Positions 14,397 to 27,578 of a DNA stretch of 64,000 bases are shown piece by piece. The DNA comes from the human T2T-CHM13v2.0 reference genome, Homo sapiens, in the NCBI RefSeq assembly GCF_009914755.1, contig NC_060937.1, one strand, 5' to 3'. A model generated the notes under the pieces. The model saw only the letters and a program-made list of their open reading frames with translations. It had not been told where the DNA came from and did not search any database. The first letter of the stretch is position 1. Each line of letters begins with the position of its first letter. Both the position numbers and the translations under genes were made by a program.

Positions 14397-14812
14397 TGAT
14401 ATGGTTTGGCTCTGGTTCTGTGTCTCCACCCAAATCTCACCTCGAATTGTAATCCCCACATGTTGAGGGAGGGACCTGTAATCCCCACGTGTGGAGCTGC
14501 AATCCCCACGTGTGGAGGGAGGGAGTTGACTGGATCATGGTGGTGGTTTCCCCCATGCTGTTCTCATGATAATGAGTGAGTTTTCATAAGGTATGATAGT
14601 TTTTAAAATGTCTGGCATTTCCCTTGCTTTCATTTCTCTCTCCTGTTGGCATGTGAAGAAGATCCTTGCTTCCCCTTTGTCTTCCACTGTGATTGAAAGT
14701 TTCCTGAGCTCTCCCAAGCCATGCTGAACTGTGAGTCAATTAAAACTCTTTCCTTTATAAATTACTCAGTCTCGGGTATTTCTTTATAGCAGTGTGAAAA
14801 TGGACTAATACA
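14397..14812 (+). mobile_element. MaLR solo LTR, THE1 (C/D-like)
   Basis: tgatatggtttggctct... to ...ctttatagcagtgtgaaaatggactaataca; gtgagtcaattaaa motif. Confidence 0.9.
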
Positions 14813-14908
14813 AATGGATATTGTGATTATCTTTTATGTCGATAGTTTGAGGAAAATGTTAGTAATGTATACTATAGCAGTGATTGTGGTAGGTGTTCTG
14901 TAACCATT

Positions 14909-15312
14909 TGTTATAGGCATCACAACACACTCAGATTCATATGCTGAAGTCCAAACTGCCAGTACTGCAGAATGTGATTGTATTTAAGAGATAGGGACAC
15001 TGAAGAGGTAATTAAGTTAAAATGAGACTAATAGTGTTGGCCCTAATACAATCTGATTGGCATCTTTATAAGAATAAATTATGATGTATGGGGAAACAGG
15101 AGGGGTGTGTGTGCGCAGAGATACCACTATGTGAAAAGACAGCAAGAGGAACATCATCTGCAAGCCAAAAAGAGAGGTTTCAGAGGAAAGAACCCTGATC
15201 GCACCCTGATTTTGGACTTCGACACTTTAGAACTATGAGAAAATAATTTTCTGTGTTTTAAGCCACTCAGTCTATGAGATTTTGTTATGGCAGCCACAGC
15301 CAACGAATATAC
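14909..15312 (+). mobile_element. MaLR solo LTR, MLT1B-like
   Basis: gaggtaattaagttaaaatgag...ggccctaat; aataattttctgtgttttaagccactcagtctatg...tttgttatggcagc. Confidence 0.8.
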
Positions 15313-15522
15313 CAGTTGTACTGAAATTATTGGCCATTTCATAGATAATAGACAATGTTTGAGATTCTTATTATGAGAACCACATGAGAAATTTTTAAAT
15401 GAAGCAAACAACTTTATAAAAACCTGGCAAATTATTTAATTATTTTCTCAAGTTAAACTACCTTTCTATGAACATGGCATGGTCATTCCTACCTCTGGGT
15501 TTATATGTTATATTTATGCTGC

Positions 15523-16020
15523 TGTGTCAGTTTCCCATTGCTGTTGTAACAAATTAACATGGAATAGTGGCTTAAGGCAACACATATTTATTCATTAACT
15601 GAAAGTTCAGGAGGTTAAAATTCAAATTGGGTCTTATTGGGCAAAGTTGAGAAGTTAGAAGAACTGTATTTCTTCTGGAGTCTCTGTAGGCTACTCTTAT
15701 TCTCTTTACTGTTTCAGCTTCTAGAGGCCATCTGAATTTGGAATTTTGAACCTGTCATTCATCTTCAAAGGGAATAGGGTAGCTCCTTCCAAAATATTTC
15801 AGACTCTGAAGTCTGTTACCACATCTCTTACTCTGATGTTTCTGTCTCTGTTTTAATTTCATTTACAAACACCCTTGTGATTATGTTGGGTCTGCTCTGA
15901 TACTCCAGGATACTCTTCCCATCTCAATATCCTTAGATTAATCATATCTGCAATGATTCACCATGTAACATAATGTATTCGGGGTTTCCAGAAATTCAAC
16001 CATTATTCTATCTACCATAT
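15523..16020 (-). mobile_element. MaLR LTR, MLT1C/D/E-like
   Basis: cattgctgttgtaacaaatta...gtggcttaaggcaacac; cagcttctagaggcca; cccttgtgattatgttggg. Confidence 0.75.
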
Positions 16021-16229
16021 ATACCTAGAACATTCTTTTTCCCCTTTGCACCTTCTTATAATATAGATCTCAGATTATTTCCTACTCAGGAAACCATCTC
16101 TTGCCTTAGCGAACCCATCAGATCTCTGTGTTATAAATGGTTATGGTATTTTATGTATTTCCGTTAAACTGCTTAAACGTAATCACTTGATATAAATAAT
16201 TCTATATTTATTATTTTTTCTTGTTTTTC

Positions 16230-16335
16230 TTCATAGAACATATGATGGGAGGGACAAATTCTGCCTTGCTCACTGCAGTGTCCTGAATGCCTTGCACAGT
16301 ATTTTAGTGATAATATTTAGCAGATGAGTGTTGAT
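16230..16335 (+). mobile_element. L2 3' fragment
   Basis: gggagggacaaattctgccttgctcactgcagtgtcctgaatgccttgcacagta resembles the L2 3' end. Confidence 0.5.
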
Positions 16336-19300
16336 TAGATAAAAAACTCACACTGTAATGAATATCTATTAATACTTTAATTAGAATGAATTTATTTTAA
16401 GCATTTTAAATATATTTGCAAACGATCGGTGTTACTTCAGAAAATAAGAAAATATTTGGAGTCATACAAACCTATGGCCAAACCTCACTTATTTAGGTCA
16501 GTTTCTGGCCATACAATCTTATACAAGATATGGAATGATATATGTAAAAAAGGGATGGTTACATACTCTAAGATTCTTTGGCAATTAAATATCAAAAGTA
16601 GCTCCTGTAGTTCCTGGGCACATTTTGAGTACTAAACGAATCACATTCTTCAAAACCGTTTTAACTTGAATAAACTTTATATTTTCTATCATACATTTTT
16701 GTTCTTCAGTATTTTATTGTTCAGTTGTTAAAATCTTCATAAATTCACGTTGTAATCATATAATTCTGTGTAAATCTAGCCAAATAACAAGAGGTTCCTA
16801 TAGTAAATTTTAGGGCTTTCTAGGGCCAGATCCATTGTAAAACTATACTCCAAAACAGAATAAATTCACACATATTTTAACTAGGAAATATAGCAAGTAA
16901 TGAAAGTCAAAATTGCATATTAATGTATTTAAATTTATAAGCTTATATACTGATTATGTTCTTTATGAATTCTATGTATGTTATTGAAATATTTAGTCTA
17001 ACACTTGGATCAATTATTATTTGCTATGTGTTTTTCTTTTGTTAGTAGACATAGGTGTTTGGCAGATCAAAAATATGCCTAATTAAACTGTGAATCAAAA
17101 CATCTAAAACTTGGTAGATGCTCAATAGATGCTGGTGAATGAAATATATGACTTAATATTATATCATATCATAGTTAATATAATTTGGTATCTATCAAGC
17201 ATCAGGGGAAAAATTTTATGTCTCTCAAAAGACAGAAAAAGTTCACTCATACCCCATTATAATTATTGCAGACAATTCTGATGCCAAAAGAAAATGGTTT
17301 ACATTTCTGTGATCTTAGGTAAACTAATATAAGCTATGCAAAACTAAACACAGAGAAAAGAAATTCATTTTTTAAAATGCTGAATATATTCATTGCATTT
17401 GTAAAACTGGTGCATAATTTGTTGTGAAGCCATAGATGCATGCATACCTTAAATATTTATAAAACTGACTTTATGTCTTAAAATGTTTTTCTATATATAA
17501 CAGTGGGATTTTATTTCTTCTATTTTAATCAATTACTATTTTTAGGCAAGGTCTTTTTATTGATGCTAAAATGTCAGGGTTCCTGATGATGTCTATTAAT
17601 CATGAACTTTATGAGATGTGCTACTAAGTGTACACTTTTTAAATAACTAGGTCCGTACCACTTGATTCAAAGTTGGAGCATGTATTCATCTGATATGATG
17701 TTGTATTTTGGACAAAAATATTTTGAATTCAGCAAGTATAGTAAAAATTAAACCAAGAAAAGTAATTGAAAAATTTAAATCTTCAGGTAATTAACCTCAG
17801 GGTCTTCTTCTACTAGAAGAAAATCAAATACATTTATTTATATTGTACTATAATGTAAATATAAATCACACTAAAATAAAATATAATTATATTAGCAACT
17901 TATGTATTTAATACATTTTCTATATTCTTTGTTTCCTATGCAATAAAGATGATAATTTAAATGTTTTGCAGATAAAATAAAATAATGCTATTTTTAGTTA
18001 TTTTGAATTTTTAGTTGCTTTCTTTATTAAATAATGATGAAGTGAAACCAGCTCCCTATTTTCTGCTATATAGACACACAGCTCCTCCTACAGCTATATG
18101 TTATACTTAAAAATTTAGCTATTTTTATTCTCATAGTCTTCCAATAAATGGTCTCTGAAATAGTATTAAAATAATAGTTTTCTGTAGTTGATACTTTGGA
18201 ATATTGCTGATGTGAGTATTCATTTTTACTCATTTATTTTGTAATTTTAGATAAATGCTATACATATTCAATGTGCATTTCTCAAAGTAAGCATGTAGAT
18301 TTAAGTTAATAGTTAATATAGCTTGAGGCAAAATTATTATCAAAATACTTTATAAATGCTTCAGCTGAGCATTTTAATACACATCTGAAACAAGTTAAAC
18401 ATTATCCCAAGAGTTCACTCTCAATTAAAGCTTTAAAAAAGAGATAACATAAATTATAAATCAGTATTGCACAAAGCATAGTATTATAATGTCATGGTTG
18501 TAAGAACAATAAAGCTTTAAATTTCCCTACAGGCTACTCTTGCCTATTTGGAAATGTTGTTCAAGTTATGCATTGCCTAAAGGGATATATTTGCTATGAA
18601 CAATACTTTATAAACAAATTGATGTTCTGTATCACAAGTTAGGATTTGATTACTGAAAATGTATATAATGTAAAGCTAATTATAAAACCCCAAGATTTAA
18701 ATGTAGTTTTTTCAGGGATTTACATTTTTTCTAATTAGGAAGAGGACTTTTCAATATGCAGAGAGCTAGCATTGTGCTTCTACGAAATAGTAAAATAGCT
18801 CAAGCCAAGTAACGCTTTCCAAAATTTTTCTCTAACATTTCTATGTGGCTTTAGAGAAATTCCAAAATAGTGCTTAGGATCATATTCTACATAATGCTTA
18901 TGCCTAAATGAAAATATGCATTACTTTTCTTTCTGAAAATGTCTTTTATGTATAGAGATGCTGTATTTCTAATTAGTGATTCTATAATTAGCAATCTAAT
19001 TTTGGCTACTCTTGAGAAATAATAAAATGAAATTTTCATTTGCCATTTAGTTTCCCCGGGAATTTCCCAGCCATGCTAAATGACTGCCATGGAGCCACAG
19101 ATTGAATTGAAAACAAATGTCACACACATTTTTGTGACTTGTAGAATGTCATTAACATTTTGTAAAAAAAAAATAACATATTCTCTAGTCTTCAAGGTGT
19201 TTATTATTTTATGCCTCATGATTCTTTCTTATTACTTTACTACTCTTCTTCACTAACAAATTCAAAGCTTTTTAGGACAATCTTTATATCTTAATAAACA

Positions 19301-19484
19301 AGAATATTAGAAGCTAATGTAAATATTTACCTACATCTCTGAAATGTTCATATCCCTTTTAGAAATCTTTTCACACACCACTTTGTGGTGCTGTGACTAT
19401 CTAATAAAATAAAGAATAAAACCCTGTCATATAAACTCTACAATGTAGAGCAACGTTCATAGAATGGCATGCTGTGAAAAAAAA

Positions 19485-19670
19485 CAAAGTACTTTTGAAA
19501 TCAGGCCAATTGGAGTTTGACTACAGTCCCAATATGCTGTGTAACTTTATGACCTTTGCTCTCTGTACTTCCATTTTCTCCCCTAATAAAACATCAACAC
19601 CCTTTCTTAGGATTATTTATTTCATGAAAAATAGGCAACTCCATGCCTAGCACATAGTGCTGTTCCATAC
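19485..19670 (+). mobile_element. MIR, degenerate
   Basis: ctctctgtacttccattttctcccctaataaaa (MIR core-like) ... tgcctagcacatagtg. Confidence 0.5.
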
Positions 19671-20269
19671 TTGTATTTCTTGGTTACTTTAGAATAAAGT
19701 AAAAGTGGAAAGATTTCTTAGATGCAATATAATCTTAGACTTGATAGTTGAATGGAAAATTACAGCAGAAAGATGAGTGGAAGCAAAGATAAAATACACA
19801 AAGCTGTGTTGAAACAAACAATTACATCTATTACCACATACAAAATGACTACAAGTCAAAATGAATAGGCTAGAAACGTTCATAGTAGTCAGGTTACGAA
19901 GAGCCAGAGGAAAAGATGTGGCTCTTACACTTTAACATGTATCTAATGCACAACTATGGGAAAAATTTAATTACAAAATGGCTAACATTTTGGTAGAATT
20001 CTCTCACAGTCCTATTATTTGATTACTTCATCATCATTTACTTACTTGATAAATACATTTATTAATTTATTCAACTCAAGGATTGATTTATCAAAACAAA
20101 GCAAGTAATGAAGGCAGGGAGAATGTCATTGTGATAGCAAATCTGAGACATGCTGAGGGATTGAGTTTGGTCTGTGTAATAGGGAAGGTGGGAACAGTAT
20201 TTCAAAGAAAGATTTAAGGTGTAGTGGTGTTTGTAGGATTTCAATAAGTAATAATCCTGTCTCCTTCCT

Positions 20270-21360
20270 CAAATATTCCTTCCTTTATTTAATAACACAC
20301 ATTAAACATCTGCTATGTGACAGAACTCCGTTAAGAAAATGTATCTGTTATGTGACGTAATTCCTGCTTTCAAAGACCTGATACTTTAGAAGGGTGGTTC
20401 GAAGGCCAAAAAAAAAAAAAAAAAAAAAAAAAAAAGACTTATATTTATAAATACTATGAAAAAGAGATAAATAAAGATTACATATTTTTTGGAGAGCAGT
20501 TGCAAAAATTATCTCAGTGAAGATGGCATTTAACCATAAACAAAATATTAAAGGAGTAAGTCACACAGTTATCAATGACAATAGTGTTCTAGAAAGATGA
20601 ATCAACAAGAAAAATGCATGTAAACCATGACCAAATATGTATTTTGTTTAAATCAGTAGTTAAACTATTAGGATTAGAACTGAATAAATGTGGTCAAATA
20701 GATGGAACAGAAAGTAACAGAAAAAGCAAGGAACCAAAACAATGTAAAAATTTGTACAGCATGGTGAGGAATTTCATTTTTATACACAGTGAGATTGAAA
20801 ACTTTTGAACGTTGTTAATCTTATAGATTACTTTGGTTTCCATATGGACTAGTTTGTCAGTAGAGAATAGACGTGGTTATATCGACCAGTGGTTTATTAA
20901 AATGGTCCAGGGAAGAAATGTTGGCGGCTTGGACTGGAGTACAGCATAGATGCCATTACAAGTGTTATTTTACATATATTTAAAAGGAACCTGCCATAGG
21001 ACTTATTGATAGATTGCTTAGACTAGTGATAAAAAGAGAGAGGAAAAATAGAGTCAAGATGAATTTTGTGCTAAGAATATAGCAATTCATTTAATTGACA
21101 TAGGGAATTTTGAAAGAAAAGTTTTTTTTCTTTCGTTTATTTTCTTGAAAGGATTTTTTAAAAATTGCTTGTGGATACATCATGACTATATTATCTATTC
21201 TATATATCCTGTTACAGATAGATAATAAGTCTAGGGCTCTGAGCATAAAACGGGGCTATAAATAAGCATGAAGGAGTCATCAGTAAATAGGTGATATTTA
21301 AAGACATGTAACTAAATGAGTTCCTCTAAGGTTTGAATGATAAGATGCAGAAGAAGGAGA
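20270..21360 (-). mobile_element. L2, degenerate
   Basis: attaaacatctgctatgtgacagaac; ggtccagggaagaaatgttggcggcttggactggag; ggagtcatcagtaaataggtgatatttaaagacatg. Confidence 0.65.
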
Positions 21361-22104
21361 GTGATCAAAATGTCTGCTTTATCAATAAAATTATATTCAA
21401 TAGGAGATGTGAACTTTATGCAGAGCTAAATTGTATCTTCTTTTATAATACGCTTCTGAATTTAAATTGTCCTTTTGCCAGTGTCTGAAGCTACCTTGCA
21501 AAACTTAATGCATGTCTGAAAATAAACAAACAAACAAACGAAACGACCAGAATGCACCTCTCTGCAGGAATGAGCTTCAGGAGAGAGTTGAAGAGAAAGG
21601 TTTATAACTAGGCATTTTTCAATTAACAATTAGTTAGGGTATTCCTGACAGTAAAGTAATGAGGAGTAAGGAGAGAGAGAGATGTTTTTCTCGTGTGTTC
21701 TTGTCATGATTAGTGAAAGAATAATATTCTAATAGTGATGTCCACTGGCATTAAAATATAATTTCAGAAAGGAGATAAGGCTGAGGGAGGAATTTCTGTT
21801 AAATCTCTGATTTTCTTTGAGGGTCTATAAAGAATAGCTATTTCACTACATAACAAGGGTGCTCAAGAGCGACATTTATTGTAGTGAAAAAATCCCTAAA
21901 ATTATCTGTTAATGGTCTCATGGGGGATTAGAACAATATTTTCCTAATGTGTTCATGAAATAACACACTTAGAAATAACATCAGTTTATTTATTTATCTG
22001 AAACTCAAGATTGGTCTCAGATGTAATTGATCAGCTGAGGAGTCAGTGTTGCAACTTAGGCCACCCCAAGGGATAAGAGTAGCAGTATATTAGACATATA
22101 TTAG

Positions 22105-22410
<306 letters not shown>

Positions 22411-23228
22411 TATACGTACTCTATTTCTAATTAAGGCTTATCAGTATACCCCAATGACTCAACATATTATTAGAAATTTTAGAATTTAAAAAATTGTAGA
22501 AGAAATAACTATTTCAAATATTGCCCTGAACAAAATAGGACCCTTGCCCTATAAATAAAACATATCTTATTTTACATTTACCATATGAAGAAATCGTCCA
22601 TGAAGTGTATTCATCTACAGATACCTATTTAAACATGTCTAGTGCCTCAAAAGCAGAGGTGTTTAATAGTAAGCAAAAATTACACTCATCATTTGGCCAT
22701 TCAAATAACACTCATTATATAACTAAGAGAAATCAATACAATTACTATGTATCCACACTTGACTGACCTTGAATTGAATGTATTGATACAGAAACTAAGC
22801 ATGTTGCAATGTCTTCTTAATGCTTGATGAACTCCATCAGGTGTAATCACTTCTTGGCAGATTAGAAACGTCTTACTCTTTTCTCGGCTCAACACATCTT
22901 CCAGGCATTCTTTAAAACATGTAATTGTGCTGTATGCATATCTATTGAACTCTGTCTAATATTCTGAGGTGCCTGTGCCTATGGAACAATAGTACAATAC
23001 TCTTTGGAGCTGCATGCCTGACCAACCTTTTAAGAGAAAATTCTTTATAGAAGCTCAGTTGGTACACGGGCTTAGGTTGGGGATTCTATCAGAAACTTCT
23101 ATTAGACTTTTAAATGTTTGCCACTTTGGGACTACTACACTCAGGCCTGCCTTTGGCAATAGAGAGCAAGAGTACTGGCATCACTTTCCCGTAAAACACC
23201 TACAAGCCCATATTTTGAAACATTTTTA

Positions 23229-23333
23229 AACTTATAATAATAACTGAATACATTTGTAGTTTGTAACTTATAATAATTGGATACATTTGTAGTTTGTAAC
23301 TTATAATAATAATTGGATACATTTGTAGTTTGT
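23229..23333. repeat. Tandem repeat, 3 copies of a 33-36 bp unit
   Basis: aacttataataa(taa)ttggatacatttgtagtttgt x3, with minor variants. Confidence 0.9.
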
Positions 23334-23819
23334 TATTATTATATTAATAATTAAAATATATGGAGAGTATATACATATATTCTTTTTGAATGAAGAAAAT
23401 GAGTTTAAAAATTTCTCTGGGTAAAGTCATAAACATGCTTAAAATCTAGACAGATATATCAATAACAGCTCTTATAGAATGCTATTTTCAATAATCCTTA
23501 TTTCTGTATATTTTTTACATGTTATATATGCCAAGATCATTTACTGCATATAATCTCTGAAATGAGAGCTTTAAAATTAGTTGTGCTCCTACTGTTTCAC
23601 TTTTTAACTCTGTTTCCAAGTTACTAAAGCATAAGGATTTTAGTTGGTAATCCAGTCTGAATGATGTTTCATTACAACTTTGAAGATTGCCTAATTTGAG
23701 TAGGGGATTATTTATATTTAGAGCAATAGATGAGGATCAAGCTTAGAAACATAAAGTGTGTTAAGATAACAGAAGTACACTGAGGCTAACTTGTACCTAC
23801 TAACAAGTTAGTTAGTGTT

Positions 23820-24172
23820 CACCCTTTCTCAACTCCATGTTCAGTGATGTCACGTGGGTAGCATTACATCAGCCATGGTGGAAGAATTTACAGTACAGAA
23901 ATGGGCAATACGGTGGACCTTTGAATAACAGGTTGTGAAGTACTCACGTCCATTTATAGGTGGATTTTTCTCAACCTAATGCAACAAAAATATATTTGTG
24001 GTATAGAAAATCTCACAAGGATGACCGCAGGGCTTGAGTATGGACATTTCGTATATGTAGGGGTCCTCTGAAACCAATCTCCCATGTATTCCCAGAGATA
24101 GCTGTAATTACAAGTCAGTTCCCTTCTCCCTTCCACCTCAGGGTTAGATTTTAACATTTGCTACCCAGCCAT
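23820..24172. mobile_element. MER63-like hAT element interrupted by MER8
   Basis: ttcagtgatgtcacgtgggtagc...cagccatggtggaagaatttaca; appears to resume after 24105. Confidence 0.5.
23908..24105. mobile_element. MER8 (Tigger family)
   Basis: ggacctttgaataacagg...cttgagtatg...ggggtcctctgaaaccaatctccc...gctgta with TA flanks. Confidence 0.7.
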
Positions 24173-24212
24173 CAATCACAGATGTCCTGTGTTTTATTCT
24201 TGACAGTTTAGG

Positions 24213-24438
24213 TCAATTTTGTCCAACCCATGGCCCATAGGCTGCAAGCGGCACAGGACGGCTTTGAATGTGACCCAACACAAACTTGTAAACTTTCTTA
24301 AAACATTATGAGATTTTTTTTTGGTGATTTTTTTTAGCTCATCTATTATTGTTAGTGTTATTGTATTTAATTTGTGGCCCAAGACAGTTTTTCTTCTTTC
24401 AATGTAGCCCAGGGAAGTCAAAGACCGGAAATTCCTGG
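24213..24438. mobile_element. MER30 (hAT-Charlie)
   Basis: caggacggctttgaatgtgacccaacacaaacttgtaaactttcttaaaacattatgagattt. Confidence 0.85.
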
Positions 24439-24830
24439 TTTAGGCTATATTTGATACACAGTAAATGAAATTAGAAAATTTTATACAGCAAAAATTTATT
24501 TATGATTGCTTCAGAAAGAGTAATGTGGAAGCTTTTCTAAGTGTAAATGAGAGTTTTTAAGGAACTAGAGGCAGAGGGCAGGGCAGTGGTTGCTGCAGTA
24601 TCCTAAAGAAGGATTTGTAAATCTCCAGTTATGGCAGGAGGGCAAATGAAATGAAGAGAGCTTCACAAATGTGTGTTCAGAAAGGTTCATGGACACATAC
24701 CAGGTTTTAAGCCTAAGCAGCTCTTGTCAACAAATATAGTAAAATTGAGAGGAAAGTGATTTAATTTATAATGAAATAGACATAGGTATATAGATACAAA
24801 ATCACATGGAGCAGAGAGACTATGTTGTAC

Positions 24831-25060
24831 TTTTTTTATTATTATACTTTAAGTTCTAGGGTACATGTGCACAACGTGCAGGTTTGTTACATATGTATAA
24901 ATGCGCCATGTTGGTGTGCTGCACCCATTAACTCATCATTTACATTAGATGTATCTCCTAATGCTATCCCTCCCCCCTCCTCCCACCCCAAGACATGCCC
25001 CAGTGTGTGATGTTCCCCTTCCTGTGTCCAAGTGTTCTCATTGTTCAATTCCCACCTATG
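24831..25060 (-). mobile_element. Severely 5'-truncated L1PA (PA4/5-like) 3' end
   Basis: tatactttaagttctagggtacatgtgcacaacgtgcagg...; TSD ctatgttgtacttttt at 24820 and 25056. Confidence 0.93.
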
Positions 25061-25395
25061 TTGTACTTTTTAAAAAAATATTTCATTCTGGAAATCCTGA
25101 ATTGGCCTCAAATTATACTCATGAAGGTAGTCTACTCTGCAACCATTCTCTGAGCATAGCACCTGGAGGGACCAAAACAAAACAAAACAAAGAAAGAAAA
25201 ATGAAAAGAAAAAGAAATTCAATTTTTCCCCCAGAAGAAAATTAGAGAACTTCTTTAACAAATTTTTAACATATTTCTTTTGATTAAATTTGCTTTTTAG
25301 TTTCTGCTAAAAATATAAAACATTTTTGAAGATTATGTGTGCATTATGTCTTTTAAATTCTTTCCCTGGAGTTTATCGATTTTTAAAAATTAATA

Positions 25396-25701
25396 TTTAT
25401 ATTTATTTACTCATTTATTTGTTTTGTGACAGGAGGTGGTTTTGTCACCCAGGCTGGAGTACAGTGCCACCATCATAGCTCATTGGAGCCTCTAACTCCT
25501 GGGCTCAAGCTGTCCTCCCGCCTCTGAGTAGCTGGAATTTCGTAGTGCACCAATACACCCAGGTAATTTTTTTGTTTTTTTGAAAAGACAATGTCTCACT
25601 GTGCTGCCCCAGCCTGGTCTTGAAGTCCCGGGCTCAAGTGATTCTCCCACCTCAGCCTCTCAAAGCAGTGGGATTATAGCCATGGGCCACCACACTCCGT
25701 C
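25396..25701 (-). mobile_element. AluJ
   Basis: Diverged dimer with catagctca, ctcctgggctcaagc, gggctcaagtgat. Confidence 0.87.
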
Positions 25702-25784
25702 TTTTACAGACTTAAAAAAAAAATGAATTATGTGATTGAACACACAGATTTGGGGGCCTTAAATCCAGGACTACTTATGCCACT

Positions 25785-26111
25785 ACAGTTGTCACTTGAG
25801 ATCTGTAATGAATTAGTTACAGGACTTTCTGCGGATACAAAAATATACTGATGCTCAAGCCCAATATAAAAAATGGTGTCATATTTGCATATAAGCTGCA
25901 CACATCCTCCCAAAATACTAAATAATCTCTAGATTATGTATAATACCTAATACAATGTAAATACTGTGTGAATAGTTGTTATACTGTTATGTTTAGGGAA
26001 TAATGGCAAAGAAAACAAAGTCTGCAGACACTTTTTATTCCCCAAATATTTTTAATTGGTTTTTGGTTGAATTCAGGAATGCAGAACCCAGCGACAGTGA
26101 GGGCCAACTGT
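25785..26111. mobile_element. MER2 (Tigger family)
   Basis: tacagttg...caactgta termini; tctctagattatgtataatacctaatacaatgtaaat. Confidence 0.85.
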
Positions 26112-26364
26112 ACTGTGTTGAACAGACTCATCACGTCCCAGGACATAAGCACATCTCTGTGGGTTTATTTTTATTTTTATTTTTTTAACCAAAGGTGCAT
26201 AACCAGAATGTAACCAAAAAGGACTAATTGAAGTATATTCTACACAGTAAATGACATGTACTCTGCAAAAATGTCAAGGTCATGAAGGCTGAAGAATGGT
26301 TCCAAATTGAAGGAGACTGAAGAAAGACATTACTAAATCCGATGAATGATTCTGAATTGTATCT

Positions 26365-26676
26365 GGGTCAGCTAGTTGCTTGGCTGCTCTAATAAGGAAG
26401 GCTCCACTGGTCTTGGTTCCAAGTTGTAGGTTGAGTCTGGTACCACATGTTCACATTCTCAGCAGCTAACTGAAGCACATTTTTCCACAGTCAAAATTCA
26501 AGACAAGTTCAACTGCACAAGGATATTTCAAGTTTCTGCTCACTTCACATCTAAAGTATCTCATTGGCTAAAGCAAGTCACAAGAACAACGCCAATGTCA
26601 AGGGGTTCATATGGATGCATAATACTGTCACCACAGGGCAGTGAAGAATTGAGATCAATAATTCAAGCTACCACAC
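26365..26676 (-). mobile_element. Old MaLR LTR fragment (MLT1J/K/L-like)
   Basis: tctcattggctaaagcaagtcacaagaacaacgccaatgtcaagggg. Confidence 0.55.
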
Positions 26677-27189
26677 TAGCCAAGTGCCTTACACGTTCCT
26701 TGGCTCACTACATGGTATAACACACAGTGGCAAATTCCCATCTCAAGTGACAATTAGTGCCAACCACATTGCTGAACCCAGGGACAATGCTGATACTGAA
26801 TGATCTACTACTGTAAAATCTTTTTACTCTGTTGATGAAGAGGTTGCCATGCCAATGTTCCATAACTATGTTGGTTCTAGGGAAACATAGCTTTTTGGAA
26901 ATTTACATTTACCTATTAGAAAGTCTGCAAACATCTTATAGCAGAAGTTCCAATTATATGGTCTGGAAAAGTAATTACAGATACGACCAAAAAAGAAACA
27001 CCAACAACATTGTGAACAAGGGGGTTTAGTAAGCATGAAATATGAGGGTGACAAAGTGAAAAATTCCCAAATTTCCTCAAAAGTGTAAGAAATAAATAAT
27101 TCTGTCATTTCCATGACAGTTAAAAAGAATAAAAAATGAAGTATTGTTTTTAAAAATAAAGAAAAATAAAACAGTGAAAAAAAATAAGC

Positions 27190-27400
27190 TAGCTTTAGAG
27201 TCACAATGCCCGGATTTAGGTACTGGCTCCAACATGTAGAAGGCCTGTTAACTGATATAAATTATCTCACCTATTCAATTCTTAACATCCTATTCTCTAA
27301 ATCCAGACAATAGGAAGAATATAGTTCATGGAACTGTTTGAGAATTAAAAGAAGTAATACATATAATTCCCATAGAGTGGTGGCTGGTTGGCCCTATTTA
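27190..27400 (+). mobile_element. MIR, degenerate
   Basis: gctttagagtcac...ctggctcc...gaactgtttgagaattaaaagaagtaatacatata. Confidence 0.5.
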
Positions 27401-27578
27401 AAAAGCGTTTGGAACTTGTCACTACATTGAAATTATTATTTAATAATTATTTATTATCAATTTTGAGTACAGTAATGAAATGTCATTTATTAGTTTTAAA
27501 ATAAACAAATATATTACTGATCTTAAAGTTCCTAAGACTTAGTTATATATTATTATATACACATATTACAACATATAT
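27385..27578 (+). repeat. Donor A of local duplication (direct copy at 30918-31114)
   Basis: cactacattgaaattattatttaataattatttattat and its flanks occur at both sites. Confidence 0.92.

Noticed and set aside
20393-20408. ggttcgaa as a tRNA or B-box fragment
   Set aside because: Too short, with no cloverleaf or A-box.
23229-23333. 33-36 bp repeats as a CRISPR array
   Set aside because: Simple tandem triplication without spacers.
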